Part shown: piece by piece, positions 39,563 through 52,619 of the stretch
How the letters are laid out: every line of letters starts with the position of its first letter
Numbering within the stretch: position 1 is the stretch's first letter
NCBI RefSeq assembly: GCF_018350175.1
Contig: NC_058382.1
Span: 28,706,001-28,770,000 of the forward strand
DNA length: 64,000 nt
Direction: 5' to 3'
Source: Felis catus
Taxonomy: Eukaryota
Notes under the pieces: model-generated
Told to the model about the DNA's origin: nothing
Database searches by the model: none
Seen by the model: only the letters and a program-made list of their open reading frames with translations
Translations under genes and position numbers: made by a program

Positions 39563-41105
39563 AGATGCTGGCAACCGTTTCTGTTGCCCCGACAGTTGTG
39601 CAGATGACAGGAAGACTTCCCATGAGGCAGGATGTGAGGTTCACAGAAGACATCTGTAAAGGGTGGTGGCTTTTTGTGGGCCCCTTCACAGCTTCCCCAG
39701 AAGACCTAGAACCCGCCTTCTACCAAGCTTTCTCTGGGTCTGCCCTCCACCCTGTCAGACCCTGGCGTGGCCTCAGTCTGAGGACCTTCGTGAGAGAACA
39801 CAAAAGAACACCTTTGGTGGGAGGCTGTGGGGTGTGGGGCAGTTCGGGGAGTTGGCGGGAAGCAGTGGCATGGTGGTTGGGAAGAAAGAGAAAAATACCT
39901 GGAACTCTGAAACCTGGGGCCCCCCAAAGCCAGGCTGCCATGCTTGTTGGGTGGGGTGTCGGGCCAAGAGAAGGTCTGGGAAGGGTGTTGCTTGGAGGCC
40001 GGTTGGATCGGGAGCTCCTCTGGGTCAACCACAGACCCTGAAATCCCACTAGTGAATGCTCGGAACAGCTGGGAGGGGCGATGCCTACGGCAGTCACACC
40101 CCAGGTCTTGTCTTCCTTCTATAAACTGAGATTCTGCATTTCCGTCCGCCTCCCCACAGGCACGCTGATCCTGCTGACCTGGGGGGCCAAGCAGAGAGAG
40201 CATCTCCGCCCCGGCGGACAGTCACTACCTTCCGAGGTACAGAGGGAGAGCTTCCGTGCACCAGCTGATAGAGGCGGCCAGGACTGCCGCACGGAGCTGG
40301 TTTCTGCATTCCGACACTTTCCCCGTCCGCCGTGTCCACTTCCGGTCTGGCAACCATGCGGAACAGATTGCCGAGTGACCCCGAGCTTCGTGGGAACAGT
40401 GTCAGCTCAGCGCTGAGCGTGTACTTGGAGCTCCTGAAATGTTTTCTTTTGGTCAGGCTTATTGAGGTATAACATACAGTAGAAACCAATTCACAGAGTG
40501 AACGCTCTCATGAGTAGTGTTGACCGTATGCAGTCATGTATCAGCCACCATCAGGATACGGAACATTGCTTGCAGCCCCCAAGCTTCACTCATGCCCCTT
40601 GGCGTCACTTGCCTCCCCACCGCTAGTCCCTGGCAACCACTGCTCTGATTTCTGTTCTCACGCGTTCGCCTTTTCTTGAAAATCACGTAAATAAAATCAT
40701 ACAAATTGAGTCTGGCTTCTTTCACCAACCGTCACGCTTTCGAGATTCGTTCATATTATTGCCAAGGTCAGTGGTTCATTCTTTTTATTGCTGAGCAGTA
40801 TTCCATCACATCCACTCATTGGTTAATAGATTTGGGGGGTGTTCCTAGTTTAGGCCAATTTAAGTAATGCGGCCACAGGCATTTGGATGTAGGACTTTGT
40901 GTGGATGTGTTTTCATCTCTGCCAGGCACGAAAATGCTGGATCATAATGTAAGGGTACATATTAGGACTTTATCAAAGACGGGCAACAGGTTTTCCAAGA
41001 GAATTCGGTTGCTTCACATTTTTACCAGCAAGCACGGGGATTATCAGCCTCTTAAATTTTAGCTATTCGACAGGGGTATAGAAGTATCTTAATGTGCATT
41101 TCTTT

Positions 41106-41331
41106 TTTTTTTAATTGTTTTTTTAAACCTTTATTTATTTTTGAGACAGAGAGAGACAGAGCATGAACAGGGGAGGGTCAGAGAGAGAGGGAGACACAGA
41201 ATTGAAACAGGCTCCACCCAGGCCCTGAGCTGTTAGCACAGAGCCTGACGCGGGGCTCGAACTCACGGACTGCGAGATCATGACCTGAGCTGAAGTCGGA
41301 CACTTAACCGACTGAGCCACCCAGGCGTCCC
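41106..41331 (-). mobile_element. CAN SINE, 15-bp TSD
   Basis: TSD aatgtgcatttcttt at 41091-41105 and 41332-41346. Confidence 0.93.
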
Positions 41332-41845
41332 AATGTGCATTTCTTTAATGAGTAATAACGTTGAATATCTTTTCAGGAGCTTATTTGCCATCCATATCTT
41401 TATCTTGGTGTAGTATCTGTTCTGGTTTTTGCCCAATTTTTTTCTTGGATTTTTTGCCTTATTATTGAGTTGTAAGAGAGTTTTCTATGTATTCTACATT
41501 CAAATGTTTTGCCCAGTGTTTCTCGGTATATTTTAATATTACCCACCTCTTCATTCCCCAGGACCTTCTTAGATGTTTTTTTCCTAATGTCCTGCCATCA
41601 AGTTTACTGCCATGGACATATTGTATATTTATTTATGCGTTATTTCTATCTGGAGGGCCACACACCATTGTGATATTTAAGCATTTTTTAGTCCCCAAAG
41701 AAGTAATTTTTGCCCCCCCCGGGGGTCAATCACCTCCATTGAGAATGCATGCTTTAATCAGATATAAGTTTTGCAAATATTTTCTCTCAGTCTGTGGCTT
41801 GTATTTTTATTTTCTTAACACCATCTTTGGAAGGGCAGAATTTTA

Positions 41846-42074
41846 TTTTATTTTATTTTTTAATTTTTTTTCAACGTTTATTTATTTTTGGGACAGAGAG
41901 AGACAGAGCATGAACAGGGGAGGGACAGAGAGAGAGGGAGACACAGAATCGGAAACAGGCTCCAGGCTCTGAGCCATCAGCCCAGAGCCTGACGCGGGGC
42001 TCGAACTCACGGACCGCGAGATCGTGACCTGGCTGAAGTCGGACGCTTAACCAACTGCGCCACCCAGGCGCCCC
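41846..42074 (-). mobile_element. Young felid SINE (SINEC_Fc-like)
   Basis: TSD ggaagggcagaatttta; body nearly identical to the 12015 and 16933 copies. Confidence 0.94.
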
Positions 42075-42324
42075 AGGAAGGGCAGAATTTTAAATTTTGA
42101 TGAACTCCAATTATTTATTTATATGATTTGAACTTTTTGTTTTCTATCTAAAATGATTTGTCTAAACCCAGGTCACAAACATTTCTTTTATGTTTTTTTC
42201 TGGAAGTTTTATATTTTTAGCCCTTACATCTAGGTTTATGATCTATTTCAAATTACTTTTGGTATGTGGTACAATATAATGATTGAGGTTTTTTTTTCTT
42301 TTGAAAGGAATGCCCAATTTTCTT

Positions 42325-42352
42325 TCTGTTTTTCAAATGTTTATTTATTTTT

Positions 42353-42390
<38 letters not shown>

Positions 42391-42562
42391 AACAGAGTGT
42401 GAGCAGGGGAGGGGCAGAAAGAGAGAGACACAGAATTCAAAGCAGTCTTCAGGCCCAGAGCTTTCAGCAAAGAGCACAATGTGAGGTTTGAACTCATAAT
42501 CCATGAGATCATGGCCTGAGCTGAAGTTGCGTACTTAACCAACTGAACCACCCAGGCGCTCC
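42325..42562 (-). mobile_element. CAN SINE
   Basis: TSD aggaatgc(c/t)caa(t/c)tttct; long (GA)n. Confidence 0.9.
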
Positions 42563-43547
42563 AGGAATGCTCAACTTTCTAGCACCATTTATTAAAAATA
42601 CTATCATTTCCCCATCCCATTACCTCTGGCACGTTGCCAAAAATAAATTGCTCCTTATGCGGGTCTATTCTGGACTCTCATTCCATTGATTTATCTGTCA
42701 TTATGCAAATACTGCACCATCTTCAGAATAACAGGTAGTCTTATAGTGAGTCTGAAATTAGTATGATTCCTCCAAAGATGAAACAATTCGATCTTTTTTC
42801 AAAGTTGTTTTGGGTATTCTTATCTTCCATGTAAAAATAGAATAAGCTTGGCAATTTCCACCAAAAGCCTGCTGGAATTTTGATTGGGATTGAATTGGAT
42901 GTCTAGACATATTTGAAAGAGAACCAACATTTTAACAACGTTGCATCTTCTGATCCATGAACATGGTATGTCTCTGTGTTTATTTTGGTCCTAAATGTTT
43001 TTTCTTTCAGTCATGTTTTATAGTTTTCAGCACACAAATCCTGCACATATATTATTAGGTTGATCCATAACTATTTCATAGTTTTTGAAATTATCGTAAA
43101 TGGTATTTTAAAATGTCAATTTCCAATTGTTCATTTCCAGCACACAGAAATATAAATGATTTTTTGTATATTGATTTTGTATCCCTTGACCATGCGAAAC
43201 TCACATAATAATTCCAACAGCTTTCTGGTAGATTTTATGGTAGAAAAAACTCTATGGTAGTTTTTTTTTTTTTAATGTAGATGATCATATTGAATGTGAA
43301 AAAGATGACTTTTATTTCTTTTGCTTTCCTTACTGCACTGGCTAGGCCCTCTAATACAATGTTGAATAGAAGTGGTGTGGATCTCTGTTATTAGATCTAT
43401 TGACATTTTCATTTTTCTTTCCTCAGTCTGTTGCTGTGGTGAATTTACACATTTTTGAGTGCTAATCAATTTTTCATTTCTGGGATAAAACCCACTTAGT
43501 CATGATAGAATAGTCTACTTATTGCTGAATTATACTTGCTCATTTTT

Positions 43548-43765
43548 TAAAAAAAAATGTTTATTTTTGAGAGAGAGAGAGAGAGAGAAAGACGGAATGC
43601 AAGCAGGGAGGGGCAGAGAGAGAGATCCAGACACAGAATCCGAAGCAGGCTCCAGGTTCTGAGCTGTCAACACAGAGCCCCATCTGGGGCTCAAACTCAT
43701 GAATGGTGAGATTGTGACCAGAGCCAAAGTCGGATGCTTAACCGAATGAGCCACCTAGGCACCCC
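43548..43765 (-). mobile_element. CAN SINE
   Basis: TSD tgctcattttt. Confidence 0.9.
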
Positions 43766-44439
43766 TGCTCATTTTTAAAAAGTATTTTCAAGTCTATGTT
43801 TATGAGGGACATTTATCTCTAGTTTTCTTTTCTTGCCATGTCTTTGTATGGTTTTGGTATCAGGACAATGCTGGCTTCATAAAATGAGTTAGGAAGTATT
43901 ATTTCTTATTCAATTTTCTGGAGGAGTGTTATTTCTTCCTTAAATGTTCAGTAGAATTTACCAGTGAAACCATCTGGGCCTGTTGTTTACGAGAGGATTT
44001 TAACTACGAATCACATTTCTTTATGGAAAGTTATCTGTTTCATTTCAAACAGGCTTTGATAGATTTTTTAAGGTATTTGTCCATTTCATCTATGTTATCA
44101 ACTTTATTGGTATTAAGTCACTCTTAATATCAGTTTATCATTTTAATTTCTGTAGAATATGTAGTTCTATCCCTGCATTCTTTCCCAGTCCTGTCAGTTT
44201 GTAGTTTTTTTCTTTTTCTTTGATCATTCTGCCCAGAGATTTACTGGTTTTATGGATTTTTTCAAAGAACCATAGTTTTTGTTCTCTTGATTTTTTTCTT
44301 ATTGTTTTTCTTTTTTCTATTGCATGAGTTTCTGTCTTAATCTTTGTTTTTTCATTTCCTTCTTTTTGGCTTAACTTTCTCTTCTTTTTCTAGTTCTTTA
44401 AGGTAGAGTTGGGGTCATTAATCAGAGACCGTGCCCCGT

Positions 44440-44667
44440 TTCTTTTTTTTTTTTTAATTTTTTTAATGTTTATTTATTTTTGAGAGACAGAGAGACAGAA
44501 CACGAGCGAGGGAAGGGCAGAGAGAGAGGGAGACATAGAATCCGAAGCAGGCTCCAGGCTCCGAGCTGTCGGCACAGACCCCGATGTGGGGCTTGAACCC
44601 ACAAGCCATGATATCATGACCTGAGCTGAAGTCGGAGGCTTAACCGACTGAGCCACCCGGGCACCCC
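44440..44667 (-). mobile_element. CAN SINE
   Basis: Poly-T, full body, ends gccacccgggcacccc. Confidence 0.9.
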
Positions 44668-45017
44668 AGGCATGCTTCTTTTCTAATGTCAGCACCAAGG
44701 AGCCTACCGAATCATATGGTTCCTGATGCAGAGCTTTTAACACAGCCTGGACTTGGCAGTAAAGCCCTTTCTTGCTTCAGGTCTCACTTAAGACCAGCAA
44801 CCTTCCACATAACTCAAAGAATGGGCAGGAGCGGTCCTCCCAAACGTGGGAGTGTGCTGCCTGCACAATCCAAATGGGTCCAGCAAGCACTGGGCTTCCT
44901 TCTTAGTGGTAAGGTGTGCACAGTACAGTCCTTTGTGCTTTATTTCGGGGGGGGACGTTCCACTGTTCCAGATAACTGGATCCTTAAAAGCTTTGCTGTG
45001 CATACCTCTGAGGCACT

Positions 45018-45065
45018 TACAGCCCTTTGGGGAGCATGGACTACAGTCCTTTGGGGAGCATGGAT
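45018..45065. repeat. 24-bp tandem duplication
   Basis: tacagccctttggggagcatggac / tacagtcctttggggagcatggat. Confidence 0.85.
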
Positions 45066-45303
45066 CTTACCTAGGCATTTAGAGGATTCACCTCTTTTTG
45101 CTCATTTGGTCCAGTTAACGTGACGTCATTGAGACGGAGAACGGATGGCAGGTTCTGTAAAGTGTCCACATGGTCCAGGTCACTTCAGATTATATCATGA
45201 TATAAATCAATATTACTACGTTCCAGGGATGGTTGTAAATGAATGCTATTTTTCATTGGATGTAAACGCAAACAGCTTGTGATCCTCATTCATGATGGGC
45301 AGG

Positions 45304-45741
45304 TGTAATGGGTTGGATGGTGGGGTCCCCGCAGCCCCAAAGATATATCCATCTGGAACCTATAAGTGTGACCTTACTTGGAATAAGGGTCTTTGAAGAT
45401 GTAATTAAGTTAAGGAATCCACGCTAAGATCATTTGGGTTAGGGTAGGCCCTAAATCCGATGATCAGTGACCTTAGAAAGGAAGGGAAGGTGACACAAGG
45501 GGACAAAAGCACGCAAAGATGGAGGCAGAAGCTGGAGGGATGTGACCACAAGCCCAGGATGGCCACTGAAAGTTGAAGAGGCAGGGGAGGATTCCACCCT
45601 AGAGTCTTCAGAGGCAGCTTGACTCCGCAGGCACCTTGATTTCGGACTTCTGGCCTCCAGAGCCGTGAGAGAATACGTTTCTATTGTTACAAGCCATCCG
45701 GTTTGTGGTCATTCATCACCACAGCCTCAGGAAACTAACAC
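45304..45741 (+). mobile_element. MLT1B/C-type MaLR solo LTR
   Basis: tgtaatgggttg...gtgtgaccttacttggaataagggtctttgaagatgtaattaagttaagg...ggaaactaaca. Confidence 0.85.
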
Positions 45742-46013
45742 GGTGCGGAAAAAGACACCACTGCCAGATCAGAAATTGCAAACCACATGCCTGAGCCTGT
45801 GCCGCTCTAGTAAACGCACCACACTTGGCACAGGGACCGCAGTTCGGCCACTGCTTGGTTGAATTTTCCTCCACCCCCTGCAGTGATAGCTCTGGCGTCT
45901 CTACTCCATTTCTAAGCGAGCAATTGCTTTTTCCAAGCTGGCTGCAGCCATCCCAGCTGTGTATTAGACCCACTTCCTGGGTGTTCAAACCTGTGTCAAG
46001 GGAGAGGACTCCC

Positions 46014-46232
46014 CGGTGCCTGGGTGGCTCAGTTGGTTAAGCGTCCGACTCTTGATTTCGACTCAGGTCATGATCTCACAGTTCATGGGATCGGAGTCCC
46101 TCATTGGGCTCCTTGCGCTGACAGTGTGGAGCCTGCTTCCTTGGGATTCTCTCCCTCTGTCTCTCTGCCCCTCCCCCATTCATGTTGTTTTCCTCTCTCT
46201 CTCTTCCTCTCAAAATAAATAAACTTAAAAAA
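46014..46232 (+). mobile_element. CAN SINE
   Basis: ggtgcctgggtggctcagttggttaagcg head; aaataaataaacttaaaa tail. Confidence 0.9.
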
Positions 46233-47497
46233 ATATTTTTTTTTTGTTTTTAAAAAGGAGAGGGCTCCCTTGTCAACAAGTGTTCCCTTCTCCAGCACTT
46301 TATTCTGTCCACCCCGGCCCAGCACCTTCAGGATTCATCCCTGCACACTCTCCCAGTCCTGTGGGCTTGTGTTCATCAGTTCCTACAGCTCCTGTGGCTT
46401 ATAAACCCCCCGGCCCCTTCGCAGGCCAGCACAGCTGACCCCCACTGACATTTGAAAATTTTCCAGTGGCCAGGAGGAGAGGTGCCAGTAGCCCCTGAGG
46501 AAGGGCCACCAGTGTCTCACAAGCCAAGGCGGGGGGGGGGGAAGCCTGCATCTGCAGACCCAGAGGATACAGGGTTCTCAAGTTCATGTGCTCGCCTGGC
46601 TCTATCTCAAAGTTCAGACTCCTAGGCCCTCCTTGCCGGGGGCCTGACGTGGGTATAGAAAACTCGCCCAGGCCAAGAAGTCAGATTTCTCTGCAGTTCT
46701 GCTCCCGGCGGTCAGCTCAAATGTCGGAGCTCTGGCACAAGGCCTCCACCTGTCCCCCACACCGCAGGGGTACCACAGGCAGAGGTCTCAGCAACCGCAC
46801 GCGTTTCTCCATTTCTCCGCTACCACCAGTGATGGGTTCTCATTTCCAGCCGGCTAGCGACTTCAGAATCCCATCCCCTGCATCTGCTTCCTAGGACCAC
46901 TCCTGGTACCAGTGATATTCGCTCAGGCTCCCTAGAGGCAGAGGAGTGCACGTCCTGGAAAATACCAGAGACATTGCTGGAACAAAAAAATTCACCATCA
47001 ACATGGAGTGGTGCATTCCAACGACACCACACTTAGTCTTGAATTATGCTATCTTTGAATTAATAGGGGGGCTTTTCGGATGCTGTTGGCCCCTCCCAGT
47101 GTTCCTTTCTGGACCGTTCTTGTGCGGTAAGCCAGTAGTGGCCTCCAGGGGCCCCTTCTCTGGAGCAGTGCCTGACGTTGGTACTTCACCCTGAGAGTTA
47201 AACCCCAGCACACAGCCAGGGCAGCCCGCAGCTAATGGCGGGCCAATCAGGGGTCCACGAGACTCTGGCCTCAAGGGGGACAGCCGCCATGTGATTTATG
47301 CTCCAGGGCTCTCTACCATTGCCAGGGCTCAGACAGAACCGGCTTCCGCTCAGGTTACAGTCTCCCTTACAGGCTTCCCCCGAAGAGAACCTTCTAGGGT
47401 CATCGTGTGCTCCGGATGCACATCGTGGTGGTTGTTCGGTCTTCTTCAAAATAACTTTATCCCCTCCATTCTCTAGTGCAGAGTTACTGATGTGTAG

Positions 47498-47499
<2 letters not shown>

Positions 47500-47528
<29 letters not shown>
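47500..47528. repeat. (TG)n microsatellite
   Basis: ~14 GT units. Confidence 0.95.
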
Positions 47529-47530
<2 letters not shown>

Positions 47531-47959
47531 CACATCTTCTACCACTACTACCACCTTGTAATACATGCTTGTGTAAGGTTGTGAAAGGATTAAGAGATAT
47601 TTTGAACCATAAGATCAGGTAACGATAATGCATGTCAGTCGCGAAACTTGCTGTCAGAAGCTGTGATGGAGGAAGCCGCGTGGGTGACTCGGTAATGACA
47701 AAGGACGGCAGGTCTTTCTTTCCACGGGCTGAAGAGGCATCGCCGTGTCTCAGGAACAGAAATGGAGCCTCAGCTCACATGGGCCGCTAGCTTTGACATT
47801 GCACAATTCCCAAGGAGTTGTTTTAGCTTGAGGGGGCTTTCAAATTTTGCATGTCACGTGGAGACATTGTCGTTCTTGTATTACATGATTTCAAAATCAC
47901 TTCATTCAATTTCACATCCGATAGAACACTTGGCATCTAATACTCTTCTAGACTCGCCT

Positions 47960-48529
47960 TTTATATTTAGCTTCTTGATCAGGTGGGCATTTATTTTTAT
48001 ACATGATGTGAGGTAGGGATTGAATTCTTTTTTTTTTTTTTTTCAAATGGAGTGCCCAATGTCACCACCTCATGTATCGAAAACTGCATCATTTCCCTGA
48101 TTTTTCTTACAGATACATGTCTATTTCTGGACTTTCTATTCTGCTTCTTCGTTTTTTTTTTTTTTTTTTTTTTGTCTAATCCCATACACTTCACGTGATT
48201 TTCAATACTCTGTGGCCCGTTTCAATATCTGTTGGAACAGATGCCCAAATAATTTTCTTTTCAATTTTTTTTCTTGGCTATTCTCTTGCATTTTCTCTTT
48301 CAAATAATATTTGGCATTGTCTTGTCTGGTTCCATAAAAAATCCTGTAGGGACAGTGATTGGGGTGGTAGTGAATTTATAGTTTAACTTGAGGAGATTTG
48401 ACATCTTTACAATATTGAGTGTTTCCATCCAGGTCTATGGTTGTGCCTTTCCATCTATTCAGGTCTTCTTTTATGCCCCACTGTAAATTTTTATAGTTTT
48501 CTTCTCATAGATCCTGAGCATTTCTTGGT
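47960..48529 (-). mobile_element. Antisense L1M remnant running into N gap
   Basis: gatgtgaggtagggattgaattc, gaggagatttgacatctttacaatattgagt L1 ORF2-like. Confidence 0.65.
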
Positions 48530-51500
48530 NNNNNNNNNNNNNNNNNNNNNNNNNNNNNNNNNNNNNNNNNNNNNNNNNNNNNNNNNNNNNNNNNNNNNNN
48601 NNNNNNNNNNNNNNNNNNNNNNNNNNNNNNNNNNNNNNNNNNNNNNNNNNNNNNNNNNNNNNNNNNNNNNNNNNNNNNNNNNNNNNNNNNNNNNNNNNNN
48701 NNNNNNNNNNNNNNNNNNNNNCCTGGAGTGTTTCTGGGATTGTACTTACATCACATAGGCTCCTTTAAGCTTGCATGGAAAGATATGTTCCCAGCTCCTG
48801 AGTGGGGGAGGCTGTACCTGCACTTGATAAATCCGAAGGTGAAATTGACCACAGAGGTGGGTTTGCTTTCTTCAGCCTGCCGTCCTTGGGGTTTCGATTT
48901 GGGTTTGGATGCTACTGCAGCCTCCTGTCTGGTGGATGGAGGGCAGGTGGGCTCCCTAGGTGCCAGTGAAGACGGATGCTGAACAAGGTCATTTTCCTGA
49001 TCCCTCGGCTAGACGCTCCCCCACCCCACCCCGTATTTGTTTCCTCTGAACACAAGGCTACTTCGGGTCTTCTCTTCTTTTTCTCGGTAGCTCTGACTCT
49101 GGTGGTTTTCGCTGTGATTTCCTCTGCTCTTGCCAACCCCTTCCCATCTGTCCCTTCCCTGTCTTCCAGGAAGTGTGGACACCTTCTCCAGCGTGATTAT
49201 AGATTCACTCTGTCTCTGTTTCCTTTAAATATGGCTTCCCTTTCCAGGGGGCTGGGGGCAGGAGGACGGGGAGATGAGAATGCCTGGAAGTGTTTTGTGT
49301 GCTCATTTTTCCGAAGTCGGGAGAACCTTAGGTACGTTTTCATGATGGTGTAGAGAAAGTTGAGGATGCAGGAAAGAGATGCTAACCGATGTGGGGCGGT
49401 CCCTTGAGGAGCAGGTAAAGTCCCTTGACTTTAGACAGGCAGCCCAGGTCAAGGGCAGGGGCAGTTCACGTTCATGAACTGGGTTCCCGTTTGTGCCTTC
49501 TTATGCTCTTGGTGAGATAGGACAGGTGGGAGGTTATCATGCATTTCTGTTCGAGGCGGGGAGGGTTCTCCCCACAGGCTGACCAGACAACCACCGAGGC
49601 CACTTGGCCCCCGCTAGGTGGGGGCGTCAGTGCGTCAGTGGAGGCGTGCCCCTGTGCATCCACCTGACAGGCTGTGGCCGGGTGTGCACCTCACCGTTAG
49701 AACAGCGGTGGTTGTAACCGGCAGGCGAGCCAGGGGTTCGGACGGCGCAATCCGCAGCTTCTGTCGCTGGCTCTGAGCTGGTGCTGTTTGCACCAAGCGG
49801 GACCCCAGGGTGGGACTCCCGGGAGCGTCCCACGAAAGCAGAGGCTTCAGCAGAGAAGTGACAGAACCCTGTACCCAGTGCGGACAAGTTGGAGAACTTC
49901 AGTGTGTGACTCATTCTTTCCCCAAATTCCTCTTTCCCCCTCATTTAANNNNNNNNNNNNNNNNNNNNNNNNNNNNNNNNNNNNNNNNNNNNNNNNNNNN
50001 NNNNNNNNNNNNNNNNNNNNNNNNNNNNNNNNNNNNNNNNNNNNNNNNNNNNNNNNNNNNNNNNNNNNNNNNNNNNNNNNNNNNNNNNNNNNNNNNNNNN
50101 NNNNNNNNNNNNNNNNNNNNNNNNNNNNNNNNNNNNNNNNNNNNNNNNNNNNNNNNNNNNNNNNNNNNNNNNNNNNNNNNNNNNNNNNNNNNNNNNNNNN
50201 NNNNNNNNNNNNNNNNNNNNNNNNNNNNNNNNNNNNNNNNNNNNNNNNNNNNNNNNNNNNNNNNNNNNNNNNNNNNNNNNNNNNNNNNNNNNNNNNNNNN
50301 NNNNNNNNNNNNNNNNNNNNNNNNNNNNNNNNNNNNNNNNNNNNNNNNNNNNNNNNNNNNNNNNNNNTCCGAGGGTTGGGGGGGTGTCTTCCCCCACCCC
50401 CACGCCACCCGCCTTGTTCTTATAATGTGTCTTGTCTGGCAGGCTGGTATTGTTCGATAACTGACGTTACTTTATAAGAACCCAGAGCCGCGTACATTTA
50501 ATAGGAGTCATGGAGACAATTGCTCTCTGAGCACTTCGGGGCCCTGTGACGTAGGTGCCATCTGAACCTCAGCTTCCGTTCTGAGCGCAGGGTGGCTGGA
50601 CAATGGAGGTATTCTGGGAACAGGTGCACTGGGGGCACTGTATCTGGGGAGGTGCCCAGCACCTTTGCTGCCGCCCCCGCACCACACGCCGGGGTCCCTT
50701 CGATGAGGGACGTGCCTCCTGTCCATGTGTCCGTGCCCCTTCTAAACGTGGGAGCAAATTTATCTTGATGCTTATTGAGATTAAACTCGCCGTGCGTTTC
50801 GTTGGGAGCAAGGGTTGCATCTGGTCATTAGGTGGGGAGGCTCACCTTGTCAATTTCCATCGAGCGCTGGCACGAGCGATCACTTTATCATCATTTGTCA
50901 GCAGCCCGGACAGGTTTTACTCAGCTTTGATTCCTCCCGGGCCCTGCTGTCATAACTTCATTGGCTTTATGGTAGCAGCTGAGCTCCCTGGTGCAATCGT
51001 CTAATACATCTACTTTACCTTAATATTGGTGATATGTTAAATGTAAGCGAATGCGGAAGAGACTAAAATATTAAGCCTCAGACAAGCCACACGCTCCTGC
51101 GACAGCCCCAGGCCCGCCCTCACCTCGTGTCCCCATCCGTCTTTGGAAATCCCATTGCACTGGGCGAGGGAGGGCGTCCCCGTCTCTTAGAACATACTTT
51201 CCCTTTCCATCTGCTTGCTGAGGGGAGCGGGGGAGCGGGCAGGAGGTCAAGGCCTTCACACTCAGCTTCCCACTGGGGCCAGGCCGCCAGTGGAATGAGC
51301 AAGGCCTTCGGCAGGCAGGCGGTAAGGCACCACCACGGCTCACACGCGCCGAATGCTGCCCCTTGGCGAATGCCTGCCCGGCAGACCCAGAGGTTTGGAT
51401 TTTTTTTTTCAAAGAGAAACTGGAATTCTGAATTTTTATGTCCACTGTTGTAATTTTTAGTGTTGGCACTGAATTCAATGTAAAGCCCCACTCTGTGGAT

Positions 51501-51569
51501 AACACGTCTGGTGGCTTTGATTAATTATCACCATGATGAGGATGATGATGATGAGCGTGACGAATGGCA

Positions 51570-51725
51570 TCTAGCGAGAGATAACACTGAGTGCTTGTCA
51601 CCTGCCAGACACTGTTTGGGGAAGGTTTTATCCTCACAGCGATGCTCTACGACAGGTAGCGATGTTATCCCTGTTTTACAGGTAAAGAAGTGGAAGCTCC
51701 AAAAGTAACTTGCCCAAGGTCCCCT
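51570..51725 (-). mobile_element. MIR
   Basis: ttatccctgttttacaggtaaagaagtggaagctccaaaagtaacttgcccaaggt core. Confidence 0.7.
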
Positions 51726-52257
51726 CCTCGCTGTTCTGCTGATCCGGTAATTTGCTTCTAGAACCTTGGAGATCTACTGACAAGGGACTCTGGGCCTGTG
51801 TGGGAAACGCGGCTCGCGTCTGAGGATAGGCTTCTCGGCAAAGGCCGACTTCTTTCACTCTTGCATTTCGGAAGAAAATCTATGCTGCCCTTAAAAAAAT
51901 ACCTGTTTTCTGGAATCTTCCGCCTCTGTGGTATTGCTGTCCTTCAAAATCCTGGGTTTTCCTTAGGTAGCAGGAAATAACCATGTTCGCGTCTAAGTTA
52001 TAGGGCAGAGGTAAAGGGCGTGGCTTGGGATTTCCTGACTTTTTCACAACATACTTTGCTTGATACGTAGCCTAGCGCTTTGTGGTAGGTTTTCACGAAC
52101 TGTGTGAAAACTCAAGCTTTGTTCTCTGCTCCCCACAACTTAGCTCTCAGACCTCCAGCCTCGACATGTACCTGAAACTTATTTGATCCTTAATAAACAT
52201 TTGTGAAATGAATGTTTGGTGAATTAAAAATTTGAGACTAGGGTGTTATGAACAAGG

Positions 52258-52312
52258 ATTCCTCCCTCCCTCCTTCCCTCCTTTCCTTCCTTCCTTCCTT
52301 CCTTCCTTCTTT
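52258..52312. repeat. (TTCC/TCCC)n pyrimidine tract
   Basis: ttcctccctccctccttccctcctttccttccttccttccttccttccttc. Confidence 0.9.
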
Positions 52313-52407
52313 TCCCTTCAATGTGCTTAATTTTTCCCTCTCATTATCTCTGGTTGTCATTGTTTGCACAGACCCTCACAGACCAACACATACATGTGCA
52401 TACACTT

Positions 52408-52619
52408 TCTTTTTTTAACTTTTATTTATTTTTGAGAGACAGAGAGAGACAGAGCATGAGCAGGGGAGGGACAGAGAGAGGGAGACACAGAATCCGAAGC
52501 GGGCTCCAGGCTCTGAGCTCTCAGCACAGAGCCCGACGCGGGGTTCAAACTCACAAACCGTGAGATCATGACCTGAGCCGAAGTCGGATGCTTAACCGAC
52601 TGAGCCACCCAGGTGCCCC
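52408..52619 (-). mobile_element. CAN SINE
   Basis: TSD-like aca(t/c)gt(g/a)catacactt. Confidence 0.92.

Larger units (their letters stand above)
40440..44425 (-). mobile_element. Long antisense L1M (MB/MC-age) remnant interrupted by four SINEs
   Basis: tttattgaggtataacatacag 3' end; ORF2-like antisense phrases (cagcaccatttattaaaa, ggtatcaggacaatgctggcttcataaaatgagttagg, ccagtgaaaccatctgggcc). Confidence 0.8.
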
